This document shows, in pieces, positions 34,166 through 42,204 of a DNA stretch of 42,279 nt. Positions within the stretch are counted from its first letter, which is position 1, and each line of letters opens with the position of its first letter. The notes under the pieces were generated by a model that ran no database searches, had not been told where the DNA came from, and saw only the letters and a program-made list of their open reading frames with translations. Origin of the DNA: a virus; the IMG/VR virus record IMGVR_UViG_3300003311_000002, positions 1 to 42,279 of that record; one strand, 5' to 3'. Position numbers and translations under genes: made by a program.

Positions 34166-37150
34166 TTAAAATGGTAAATCTTGTTGTTCTTCTTCAGTCA
34201 ACTTTTCATCTTCCGGTATTTCCTGGACATGATTGGTTGAGATATAGAAGTACTCTGAAGTTTCGCCGTTAACTGTTTTGGTTATGCGACGATTCTGCTT
34301 GTCGTTACAGGCTGACAATGGATTAAACTCGAAGTCGTGGTAATCGCAGAATCCTTTAACAGCCTTCTTAAAGTGAGTTTTCTTGTATTCGTCCTGCTGC
34401 TTTTTGCTAAGGCCGGCCACAAACTTATTATATGCTGTTTCCTTGTTGATAAAGGTGTTGTAATATCCTTTTTCGGCAGGAGAAATGTCTGGTTTTGTTT
34501 TGCCGTCTGGAACAAGTTGAAAGTATGTACTGGCCCAATAGAAGAATTCCTCTTCTTTGGATTTCAAACCTTCAGTCATCTTACGGCGAAGCTGACGTTT
34601 CTCCAGGTTCCCCATCGGAGGATTGATCTTGTGGAATCGCATCTGCAGTTGAATGGCATAGGCTATTATATTGTCGAATATTACCCATTCCTCGTCGGTG
34701 AAATCATCGAATAACAAACGGCCATACTTAATTGATGGATTCCTGGTTTCCTTGTAATCGTTTTGCTTGGTGCTCTCGTGATAGTAATCAGACACCCCAC
34801 AAAAAAGCATACGTGCCATGGTTGAGTTATCGGTATTTCTCATTTCGAAGTTGGAAGAAATGATCATCTTTCCGGAGTCGCGATACTCCAATACTTCAGG
34901 AGAAAGATGTTTGTTGTTGATCTCTCTTTTACCGGTGATTTGTGTATAGAAGAAATCCATCTCAGCGTATTCGTGAAGATCATCAACCTCAATAATCTGA
35001 TGGAACTTGGTGAAACCATCATATATAAATTGATTCTCTGTAAGCTTGCGGTTACGGCCACCGATGTAATAACTCGGGCGTATTTTTGCCATTGCCAGGG
35101 AAAGAACTGTTTTACCGGAACGTCCGGAGGATTTTCCAACCTCTGAGATCTTAAGGTCCTGAAGGAATACCATCCATGGTTTTGATGGGTTTTTGTACTG
35201 AGAGCACATGTAACCAATCACAAAAAGCAAGTTGGCCAGAAGGAGATCCTGTTCTTTCTTTTCCTGTTCAGTCAGATCCTTTTTGTATTCCAACTCTTTG
35301 CGCCAGTGAATATGTGCCAAGTCCTTCAGGAACCGTACAAAGAAGTTATTCTCATCGTTAATGGTTACTTTGTATCGATCAATCTCTTCTACCTGAGCTA
35401 TCTTCACATTTAGCTCTTCTCGCTTGGTTTGATCGGTGGTTTTCGCCAACTCCTCAAGGAGCTTCTTGTATTTGCCGGTTGCTTCAACTTCGATAGGTAG
35501 TTGCTTCAACACTCGAATGCTGCGATCGTGAATGTGGGAAATGTCCTTTTTGTTTACTGTAAGCTTTGAGAGGATGTAGTTTGGAAGCTCGTCGTGTCGG
35601 ATCAGCTTGATTTCATCCTTGGTGATTTTTAAAGCTCCATTGCTGTAACAAATTGTATCGTAAGTTTTCCCGAAGTTTTCGAAGTTAGGTTGTATCTCGG
35701 CCAACTCCTGCAGGTTGTTTTCTGAGATTTGATTACTCGAGTTGATTTTATTCAGGATGGCCGTTTCATCCATAAGGAAGCGTGATCGGATCCAGTCCTT
35801 AGTGAATCGCTTTGCAATTTTCTTGATGTCGTCCGGGTGGATCAGCTCGATCTTTTTGCCTTTTACCCTGGCATAACAGTAACCGGCTTTTTTGTGATAC
35901 TGAGAATCCATCACATAAAATCCATTCGCCTGGAGGAAGAAGTAATAATACTCGAGGTTGATATTGTAGGTGTCGTTTCCGTTCTTGTCTTTCGACTTTG
36001 TCCAGAATCTCATAGGCTTTGCATTGGCCTTTAACACCGTAAAGTTTCGGGTTGTTTCATCCTGTTTATTACCTGATACGGAAATAAAATCTTTTACATC
36101 CTTGCAGGGATTTCCTCTCCAGTCTTTCTTTGTCGTGAGCCATGCCGGTAACTCGAGTGTAAAAATATTAATGTGCTTCAGTCCCATTTTTATGGCTTGA
36201 GCTCTACCGGTGGAATCAAGATCCATGATTTGATAATGATTCTCGCACATATTATCAAGCAACTTGTATTGGCCATCGCCATAGTTGGCAGACTCGGAAT
36301 TCAACCAGTAAACATGGAACCCAAGTGAAGCGACGTTTAAGGCATCACTTTCTCCGGAGCATCGGAACAAATCTTTGATATGAGGCTTTTTATACTCTTT
36401 ACCTGGACCGGTGTATTCATACTCATTCTCCTCGTTCAAGAACTCGTTTTTCGCATCCTCCAGTTGTTTAAGACCATAGATGAAGTCCTGTTTTTTCGTC
36501 GCGATATACAGGAAGCGGTGTTTCTTTTCCACCTCCTTTGGTCGATACAGCTTTTTAAATTCACCGTAATCGAAAAGGAACATAGGGTAATCATCGGTTG
36601 ATTCAAACTGATGGACCACATCTCGCTTTAGCTTTTTGGAATGGCTACAATATTCGTAGCTCTTAACTACTCGGCAGTGGAATTTCTTTAATAAATCAGG
36701 AGTAACGTATCGGCCAAAGTATTTGCAATCGGCATCGGTTACTTCTGATTGTTCTTTGTAGTTGAAATTGTACTTGCCTTTTTCATCCTCCGGATTCATT
36801 TCCCGGAAAGAGTAATTGGCTTTGTATTGTGGTTTTTTGAAATCTCCACTCGAGAGATCCTTACGCACAATAACCTGTTCGATAAATTTTAAGGCATCGA
36901 TGTACTGGAGAGCTTCTCTGCGCATTACGTATGAAATGGCATTCATGCTATTGACTTCGTCCTGGTTGCCGAAATCTGTAATGCGCCACTGACCTTTGTA
37001 AAAGGCTACTCGCGCCGAAGCTGTTTTTTCGTCGCGATCTTTAACCCGGTGTTGTCTGTCGGAGAAATCGACTTCCGGGAAGTAATATGAAAATATGTCA
37101 TAACCGTTACTTGTTTCTTTATAAATGATGTCTTGATCGATATAGCTCAT
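34166..37150 (-). CDS. DNA primase-helicase (Toprim domain plus P-loop SF3-like NTPase)
   Basis: Toprim-like CSGESDALN and MDLDSTG. Walker A GKSSGRSGKT and Walker B IIEVDDL. Confidence 0.75.
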   Translation of the reverse strand: MSYIDQDIIYKETSNGYDIFSYYFPEVDFSDRQHRVKDRDEKTASARVAFYKGQWRITDFGNQDEVNSMNAISYVMRREALQYIDALKFIEQVIVRKDLSSGDFKKPQYKANYSFREMNPEDEKGKYNFNYKEQSEVTDADCKYFGRYVTPDLLKKFHCRVVKSYEYCSHSKKLKRDVVHQFESTDDYPMFLFDYGEFKKLYRPKEVEKKHRFLYIATKKQDFIYGLKQLEDAKNEFLNEENEYEYTGPGKEYKKPHIKDLFRCSGESDALNVASLGFHVYWLNSESANYGDGQYKLLDNMCENHYQIMDLDSTGRAQAIKMGLKHINIFTLELPAWLTTKKDWRGNPCKDVKDFISVSGNKQDETTRNFTVLKANAKPMRFWTKSKDKNGNDTYNINLEYYYFFLQANGFYVMDSQYHKKAGYCYARVKGKKIELIHPDDIKKIAKRFTKDWIRSRFLMDETAILNKINSSNQISENNLQELAEIQPNFENFGKTYDTICYSNGALKITKDEIKLIRHDELPNYILSKLTVNKKDISHIHDRSIRVLKQLPIEVEATGKYKKLLEELAKTTDQTKREELNVKIAQVEEIDRYKVTINDENNFFVRFLKDLAHIHWRKELEYKKDLTEQEKKEQDLLLANLLFVIGYMCSQYKNPSKPWMVFLQDLKISEVGKSSGRSGKTVLSLAMAKIRPSYYIGGRNRKLTENQFIYDGFTKFHQIIEVDDLHEYAEMDFFYTQITGKREINNKHLSPEVLEYRDSGKMIISSNFEMRNTDNSTMARMLFCGVSDYYHESTKQNDYKETRNPSIKYGRLLFDDFTDEEWVIFDNIIAYAIQLQMRFHKINPPMGNLEKRQLRRKMTEGLKSKEEEFFYWASTYFQLVPDGKTKPDISPAEKGYYNTFINKETAYNKFVAGLSKKQQDEYKKTHFKKAVKGFCDYHDFEFNPLSACNDKQNRRITKTVNGETSEYFYISTNHVQEIPEDEKLTEEEQQDLPF

Positions 37151-37497
37151 AGCTCTTTAAGTAATAGAAATTCAACTTCAGGGTTAGCAGGATTTAACTG
37201 ATTCTTGTAACGTTCTTTTAGGATGTGCATTAGTTTTTTTATGGATAAACCATAAGCCAATAAAGCAAAGGTGTTGTAACCAAGTATTTCAGGATCATCA
37301 AGAGATACTCTGTACAGATCGATTAATTCTGCTTTAATTTTCACATCCGGATTCTTTGGATCAGTCAACTCGTAAACTTCCGGGACGAAATCGGGGCGAT
37401 CGTCCCAATTAACTCTTTCACCATAAGGCCTACTACTGGAGGGCTGACAAATAGTGAAATAGCCGTGTTTTGGTTTAGCGTGTTTAATCTGTATCAT
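37147..37497 (-). CDS. Hypothetical protein (116 aa)
   Basis: ATG ORF with a 4-nt overlap with the primase-helicase start. Confidence 0.6.
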   Translation of the reverse strand: MIQIKHAKPKHGYFTICQPSSSRPYGERVNWDDRPDFVPEVYELTDPKNPDVKIKAELIDLYRVSLDDPEILGYNTFALLAYGLSIKKLMHILKERYKNQLNPANPEVEFLLLKEL

Positions 37498-37586
37498 TAG
37501 TTAGTTCTTTGTGTTGGTACATTACCGGTACAATTTGTTCCTGGTATCGTGCAGAAGAGAGTAGGAGAGTGAGCTCATACAGTTCT

Positions 37587-38498
37587 TCAGGTGAGCAAGC
37601 ATTCAGAAACTTCTCCGGTGTAATATCGATTGTGTTGTGTTGAGTTATTTTGGGCATAGTTCAGTTTTAATTCAATTTGCTTAATCAATTTCTTTAGTCT
37701 GGCCAGTTCCTTTTGAGCTGTTTTTTGTTCCTCCCGGGTTGTTGTTGCAGCAAGATTCTGAAACTGTTTTTCCAGGCGAACATTTAATAACTGGAGAGCT
37801 CTTTTTCTATCTTCTCGATTCACTCCTTTTTTATTTCGGAGCTCAAGATTTTCGGGATCATCATTAAGAGGATCGAGATCTATATGAAATACATTCATTC
37901 CTGCAGGAACAGGAGAGATAAAATTGTGATAGAACCATCTGGAGTAAGGAGTAAATTTCCCGTCTACTTTAATGACTCTGATTAGTTTGCCATCCTGACG
38001 TTTCCAGATTTTGATATCACCATCTTTTGATTTTTGTCTAACACCACGAGACCAATAGTTGTCTGAAGAAGTAATCACCGGTGTTAATCCAATTTCAATA
38101 TTTCTTTTCTTGATGGCTGATACTTCTTCCGGAGTTCTCTTCAGCTTGAGGAGCTTTAATTTTTTCTCTACATGCTTTTTATTGAATTGCCGGTAAACTC
38201 TTTTCCCATCAATTACACGAAAGGTTTTTTTTCGTTTTGTAAGGAGTATGGCCAATTCAACATTACCTTTTTTTCTGAAGTGTTTTTTCAAATAATTGAC
38301 ATCTTCCTGACTCCACCTTATTTGAATCTGACGAAGGATTCCCATTCTAATGAATTGATGTCTCATAGCTGAATATCCAACAGGTTTAGAACGTTTGGCA
38401 TTGATCGCATCCAGTAGTTGCTGATTGGTCAGCTTATTGATGTTTTCCTTCAGAAATAGTAATTCATCAGGATACCAATTAACCTTTTCTCTATCCAT
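37587..38498 (-). CDS. HNH endonuclease-like protein with repeated N-terminal DNA-binding modules
   Basis: FHIDLDPLNDDPENLELR fits an HNH_3-type motif. N-terminal repeats W..DEL.FLK / WSQEDVNYLKKH. Confidence 0.6.
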   Translation of the reverse strand: MDREKVNWYPDELLFLKENINKLTNQQLLDAINAKRSKPVGYSAMRHQFIRMGILRQIQIRWSQEDVNYLKKHFRKKGNVELAILLTKRKKTFRVIDGKRVYRQFNKKHVEKKLKLLKLKRTPEEVSAIKKRNIEIGLTPVITSSDNYWSRGVRQKSKDGDIKIWKRQDGKLIRVIKVDGKFTPYSRWFYHNFISPVPAGMNVFHIDLDPLNDDPENLELRNKKGVNREDRKRALQLLNVRLEKQFQNLAATTTREEQKTAQKELARLKKLIKQIELKLNYAQNNSTQHNRYYTGEVSECLLT

Positions 38499-38727
38499 TG
38501 TTACCTCCTTTTATGAATTCCTTCATTTGATTTACAACAGCTTCCTGTTCTGAGTTTTGCTCTGCTTTTATTTCATTGGCAACATTTACAGCTTGCTTAA
38601 CCATTGAATGGAGATCTGGAGACTGCAACATGGATGTTACCAACATATCGATGATCCGAAAACGCAAACCTTCCACTTCACCTTCTACTTTTCCATTGCT
38701 GTATTGTGTTATTTGTATCTTTGCCAT
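38491..38727 (-). CDS. Hypothetical protein (78 aa)
   Basis: ATG ORF overlapping the HNH gene start by 8 nt. Confidence 0.55.
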   Translation of the reverse strand: MAKIQITQYSNGKVEGEVEGLRFRIIDMLVTSMLQSPDLHSMVKQAVNVANEIKAEQNSEQEAVVNQMKEFIKGGNNG

Positions 38728-38754
38728 GACTACATTTTTTAATAGTTAAAAATT

Positions 38755-38802
38755 AGAGAGCTGTCCTAGCCGCCAAGCATTATGGACAGCTCTCTTTTTT
38801 TG
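38755..38802. terminator. 12-bp perfect hairpin (loop carries TAGCCGCCAAGC) with flanking A7/T7 runs; bidirectional terminator-like
   Basis: agagagctgtcc (38755..38766) pairs with ggacagctctct (38784..38795). T7 follows on the + strand; AAUUUUUAA follows on the - strand. Confidence 0.6.
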
Positions 38803-38835
38803 ATTCACTTTTACACTAAATCTCAATTTCTTTTT

Positions 38836-38886
38836 AAACACTCCCGGCCTTCTGTAGCCGCCAAGCTCAAAGGCAGGGGAGTGTTT
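38836..38886. other. Second strong hairpin with the same 12-nt loop sequence TAGCCGCCAAGC
   Basis: aaacactccc (38836..38845) pairs with gggagtgttt (38877..38886), plus inner gcc/ggc. The loop 12-mer at 38855..38866 is identical to 38767..38778. Confidence 0.6.
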
Positions 38887-39004
38887 GGTTTCTGATCAGA
38901 AATATTAATGAGTTTTCCCTGGTTGCGTTTCCCGGCTTTAATATGATGTTGTATGTAGTAATGAAGTTAGCTCTTCGGTTTTTCGGATCCGCCAGGGAAA
39001 TATT

Positions 39005-39277
39005 TTATAGTCTACACGAACACGGTTTCTCTACTCCAACAATACCTTCGGTGTGTCCGCGATATTCTTCGCTGATGATCACTCCGGTATCTTTGCACTT
39101 AATGCATTTGTATTTTGGCTGAAGAGTAAGCATGGATTTAATTTTCTCGGCATGCCCTTTTATTGATGCTTTACCGTGAGCCACATTGCCTGAAGAAAGC
39201 CTTTCGGCCTCGCTTATGATTACGTTCAGATACATCTCGGTAAGCTGAAGGTTCTCTTTAGTTATTTCAAAGTTCAT
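39005..39277 (-). CDS. Hypothetical protein with a C-terminal Cys motif (about 90 aa)
   Basis: CIKCKDTG...CSC, zinc-ribbon-like. ATG at 39277 (track start is TTG). Confidence 0.55.
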   Translation of the reverse strand: MNFEITKENLQLTEMYLNVIISEAERLSSGNVAHGKASIKGHAEKIKSMLTLQPKYKCIKCKDTGVIISEEYRGHTEGIVGVEKPCSCRL

Positions 39278-39455
39278 TTTCAATTTCGTTTTTAATTAAT
39301 ACCACTCTAGCTTTCAATTCTTTTCTATTCTCTAATCTTGAGTTGCCTATTTCATTACCATACATTATTAAGGCTTCGTAGATTAACTCGAGGTCGATAT
39401 TCTCGAGCTGATGAATAGAAAATTCATTGTCGGATTTGTCAACATACGGTTTCAT
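39267..39455 (-). CDS. Hypothetical protein (62 aa)
   Basis: ATG at 39455 (track start is TTG). Confidence 0.45.
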   Translation of the reverse strand: MKPYVDKSDNEFSIHQLENIDLELIYEALIMYGNEIGNSRLENRKELKARVVLIKNEIENEL

Positions 39456-39729
39456 AGGCTTTGTCAATTACCAGGTCAAACTCCTTAACTCGTTCTTTCG
39501 AAACATATGCAGCTCCAACTGCATCCCAAATAACAGAGATTCGTTTACCTTCTTTTTCAACCCATCCCTTTACCGATTTGATTTGATACCTCAAATTGAA
39601 TCTCATCTGTAGAAATCCATGAGGATACTTGCCTACTGTTTTAGCTAATTCCAATAGAGCCAAAGCATTGTTTTGTGCAGCGAATTGCCTTAGTCTCTCG
39701 TTTTTTAATTCTTCATTTTTATTTGTCAT
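39439..39729 (-). CDS. Hypothetical protein (96 aa)
   Basis: ATG ORF in the early array. Confidence 0.55.
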   Translation of the reverse strand: MTNKNEELKNERLRQFAAQNNALALLELAKTVGKYPHGFLQMRFNLRYQIKSVKGWVEKEGKRISVIWDAVGAAYVSKERVKEFDLVIDKAYETVC

Positions 39730-39765
39730 TGTACAATTGATTGGTGCATTGGGTGATGCGAGTGT

Positions 39766-40311
39766 TTATACTATTCCTTTTTTTTGTGCCCAAAAGGCGA
39801 TTTCAATTCTGTTGTTAACACAAAGTTTCTCGCGGATTTTACACAAGTAAGTGCGAACAGTAGTTAGTTCAATACTCATTTCGTGAGCTATTTCTTTGTC
39901 TTGCTTTCCTTTGTGGACTAAACAAACTACTTGAAACTCTTTTCGTGAGAGGGTGCCATTTGGTCCAGGAGGGACTTTGCAAACTTTGTTGAATCCCGGG
40001 CAAGTGGTGAACAAATTGCAAGTAGGCGCATCGGCCTTCACTTCTTTACCTTGCAGATCAGGTGTTGAATCAAGGTTTCCAAAACGGCATGAAACGAATT
40101 TTTCCTCCATCTTGTCAGGTTCAACAATCTTCATTTCATTAATCAAGCAATCAAGAGCTTCTTTGTCGGATAAAAGTTCAGCCTGGAATGGCTCTCTTAA
40201 TTGTTCCGGTAGCTCCAAATATTCACAAGTACTTCCATTGTGGAGAGCTTTCACTTTGTCTTCAACACAATAAATTTCAATTGCATTGTTTTCTAATCCT
40301 GCAGGTATCAT
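39766..40311 (-). CDS. LuxR/GerE-type (sigma region-4-like) HTH transcription regulator
   Basis: C-terminal LSRKEFQVVCLVHKGKQDKEIAHEMSIELTTVRTYLCKIREKL fits the LuxR-type HTH. N-terminal Cys-containing domain unassigned. Confidence 0.7.
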   Translation of the reverse strand: MIPAGLENNAIEIYCVEDKVKALHNGSTCEYLELPEQLREPFQAELLSDKEALDCLINEMKIVEPDKMEEKFVSCRFGNLDSTPDLQGKEVKADAPTCNLFTTCPGFNKVCKVPPGPNGTLSRKEFQVVCLVHKGKQDKEIAHEMSIELTTVRTYLCKIREKLCVNNRIEIAFWAQKKGIV

Positions 40312-40661
40312 TGCTTACTAATTTGGTGAGTTACTACTAAGTCGATATCATTCATGGACCAACCTCTATCTAATTCATTGGTAAGTCCCCTTACCTTCTT
40401 TGGATTGCCATTATTAAATTCTTGGGCTTCTTTGATTTTACCCTGTAAGATCTCGATCTCTTCATTGGTGTGAGGAAGGGCAATAGAGCCACTGCCATCA
40501 TCATACCATTTGGCTTTGAGCCATTCATCATTAATTTTTACTTCTCCATCGATGTGCAATACTTCACCCTTAATGTTGCTAGTGATGGAGTCAATACGAT
40601 ATTCTTGTACTCTTTTACAAATGCACTTGGCTTTTCTTAGTTGTGTGATTGTATTTTTCAT
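40308..40661 (-). CDS. Hypothetical protein (117 aa)
   Basis: ATG ORF, second gene of the early operon. Confidence 0.6.
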   Translation of the reverse strand: MKNTITQLRKAKCICKRVQEYRIDSITSNIKGEVLHIDGEVKINDEWLKAKWYDDGSGSIALPHTNEEIEILQGKIKEAQEFNNGNPKKVRGLTNELDRGWSMNDIDLVVTHQISKQ

Positions 40662-40670
40662 GATGCTGTT

Positions 40671-40886
40671 TTATAATGAATCAATTTGGTCTGTTAGATC
40701 ATCCTGTTTGTCTTGTGATTCCTTTGCTAGCTGTATAGCTGCTTCAATAATAAGAGGAGAGTTGATTTTTCCAGTAAGTGCCTGATATACTGAGGAGGTA
40801 GTTTTTCCTGTACGTTTTGCGAGCTCCTCTCCATATCCACGAGGCAGCTTGCTTCTGAGTTTCTTGAGTGCTTCCGACTTCATCAT
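40671..40886 (-). CDS. Cro-like small HTH regulator
   Basis: 71 aa. ELAKRTGKTTSSVYQALTGK looks like an HTH. Divergent from the CI-like repressor gene. Confidence 0.65.
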   Translation of the reverse strand: MMKSEALKKLRSKLPRGYGEELAKRTGKTTSSVYQALTGKINSPLIIEAAIQLAKESQDKQDDLTDQIDSL

Positions 40887-40900
40887 TATTACGTATTGTT

Positions 40901-40944
40901 TTACTGTTGTATTACTATTATATTACTGTTGTTTTACTGTTGTA
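40901..40944. promoter_or_regulatory. Four tandem 11-bp repeats (TTACTGTTGTA-type) in the switch region, candidate operators
   Basis: ttactgttgta / ttactattata / ttactgttgtt / ttactgttgta in exact 11-bp register. A perfect -7 box TAAATTTG (40955..40962, +) and the palindrome tttgga-aaaa-tccaaa (40959..40974) follow. Confidence 0.6.
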
Positions 40945-41007
40945 AAGGTGCATGTAAATTTGGAAAAATCCAAAAGAACATGTAATAAATATTTATTGAT
41001 ATTGCGT

Positions 41008-41451
41008 ATGTTTTTGAGTGACAGAATGAAAAAAGTGCAAGAGTACTACGATAAAAATCCAAGCAAGTTTGCTATTAGGATCGGACATGATCGATCTGAA
41101 ACAATTAGAAATGTAATTTCCGGTAAGACGTCGGATCCAAAAGCATCGTTAATTAATGATGTTCTGCGTGCCTGTCCGGAAGTTAATGCTCATTGGTTGA
41201 TTACAGGAGTAGGATCAATGCTGAAGGAAAAGAAATCCTCTCCAGTGATTGTTGAAGAAGCAAAAGGTGAGTATGGCTTTTGTATGTCGTGTATGAAGAA
41301 AGATGTTAAAATACAGGTGCTTACTGATCAGTTGAAGGAGCAGGAAAAAAAGAATGATAACTTATTAAAAGAAGTTGGAGGTTTGAAAAACGAGTTAGAT
41401 AATCTTGGTGGTTCAAACGGGAATGGTGGCACCATACCAGCCACCGGTTAA
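41008..41451 (+). CDS. CI-like phage repressor (HTH of the Phage_CI_repr type) with a C-terminal coiled coil
   Basis: ...ACPEVNAHWLITGVGSM matches the WLLTG.G.M signature of CI-type HTH domains. No S24 peptidase domain. Start at 41008 or 41026; the track's 40849 start reads through the operator repeats. Confidence 0.7.
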   Translation: MFLSDRMKKVQEYYDKNPSKFAIRIGHDRSETIRNVISGKTSDPKASLINDVLRACPEVNAHWLITGVGSMLKEKKSSPVIVEEAKGEYGFCMSCMKKDVKIQVLTDQLKEQEKKNDNLLKEVGGLKNELDNLGGSNGNGGTIPATG

Positions 41452-41565
41452 AAGTGGTATGGAACAAAGGCGAATAAAGTGGTACCATTCTAGCCACAGT
41501 ATAAATGTAGAGTGGATCTAAGAATTAACCTGAGTTAAAAATCAATAATTAAAAAAACAACTAAT

Positions 41566-41931
41566 ATGCTTTTAGAGAAAGATGTTTACTGGTCTCCAGT
41601 TGGAAGTGGCACAGCTAATAAAGTAAAAGCTGTTGAATTTGAGTCAATAGTTAGCACAGGATCTACCTGGTGGATTAAAGATACTGAAGTAGATGAAGGT
41701 CCTTATCAGGTAATTGCTATAAAATGCTATAAGGTTGTGGCCACTAATGATATCACTTGCTTTGTGAGTATCGCCCAATATAGAAACGAACATGGCCACA
41801 TCGAGCAGTATATTGTGGATAGTGAAAGAGAGGAATTGCACTTTGAAGATTTGTTATGGGGTACACTCATGAATGAATCAGAGAAGAATGAATACCTGGA
41901 GAAGTTCGGAGAAAAGTTACTTGAAGACTAA
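41566..41931 (+). CDS. Hypothetical protein (121 aa) downstream of the repressor gene, next to attR
   Basis: ATG ORF on the same strand as the repressor and integrase genes. No motif recognised. Confidence 0.65.
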   Translation: MLLEKDVYWSPVGSGTANKVKAVEFESIVSTGSTWWIKDTEVDEGPYQVIAIKCYKVVATNDITCFVSIAQYRNEHGHIEQYIVDSEREELHFEDLLWGTLMNESEKNEYLEKFGEKLLED

Positions 41932-41937
41932 TAAGAA

Positions 41938-42094
41938 TTGTCTGGAGCAGACAAAATTAACCCTAACAATTTATGTCTGAATATATCTCCAGACAAAATG
42001 TAAATAGGCTTCCATATAATAATTATCAAATAAAGATCTGAGTGTCTGACAGACGCCAAAAAGTCACAATAGACACACAGATAAAATAGACAAA
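41938..42094. promoter_or_regulatory. Cluster of CAGACAAA/TTTGTCTG motifs (candidate arm-type sites, attR arm)
   Basis: ttgtctg-gag-cagacaa inverted repeat at 41938..41954. Further copies at 41990, 42044..42054 (gtctgacagac) and 42087. Confidence 0.55.
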
Positions 42095-42137
42095 TTACAA
42101 ATTCAAGTATATCAAAAGCTTAGGGGGGTGGGGGGAC

Positions 42138-42152
42138 TCCTGCCACCCCGAC
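42138..42152. repeat. attR core: 15-bp direct repeat tcctgccaccccgac
   Basis: Exact copy of 63..77. Preceded by the G-rich tract ggggggtgggggg. Confidence 0.7.
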
Positions 42153-42204
42153 CGAGAATTTTGGAGAGTATTAAACTTTTTGAAAATCGAAAAGTAAGTT
42201 TTTT

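Larger units (their letters stand above)
63..42152. mobile_element. Integrated temperate tailed-phage prophage (about 42 kb)
   Basis: Bounded by the tRNA and 15-bp direct repeats. Contains integrase, CI/Cro switch, replication, capsid, terminase, portal, tape measure, tail fibre and lysis modules. Confidence 0.85.

Noticed and set aside
40849-41007. N-terminal extension of the repressor ORF (200-aa version)
   Set aside because: The extension is a translation of the 11-bp operator repeats and promoter (YCFTVVLLLYYCCFTVV). It also overlaps the divergent Cro-like gene start.
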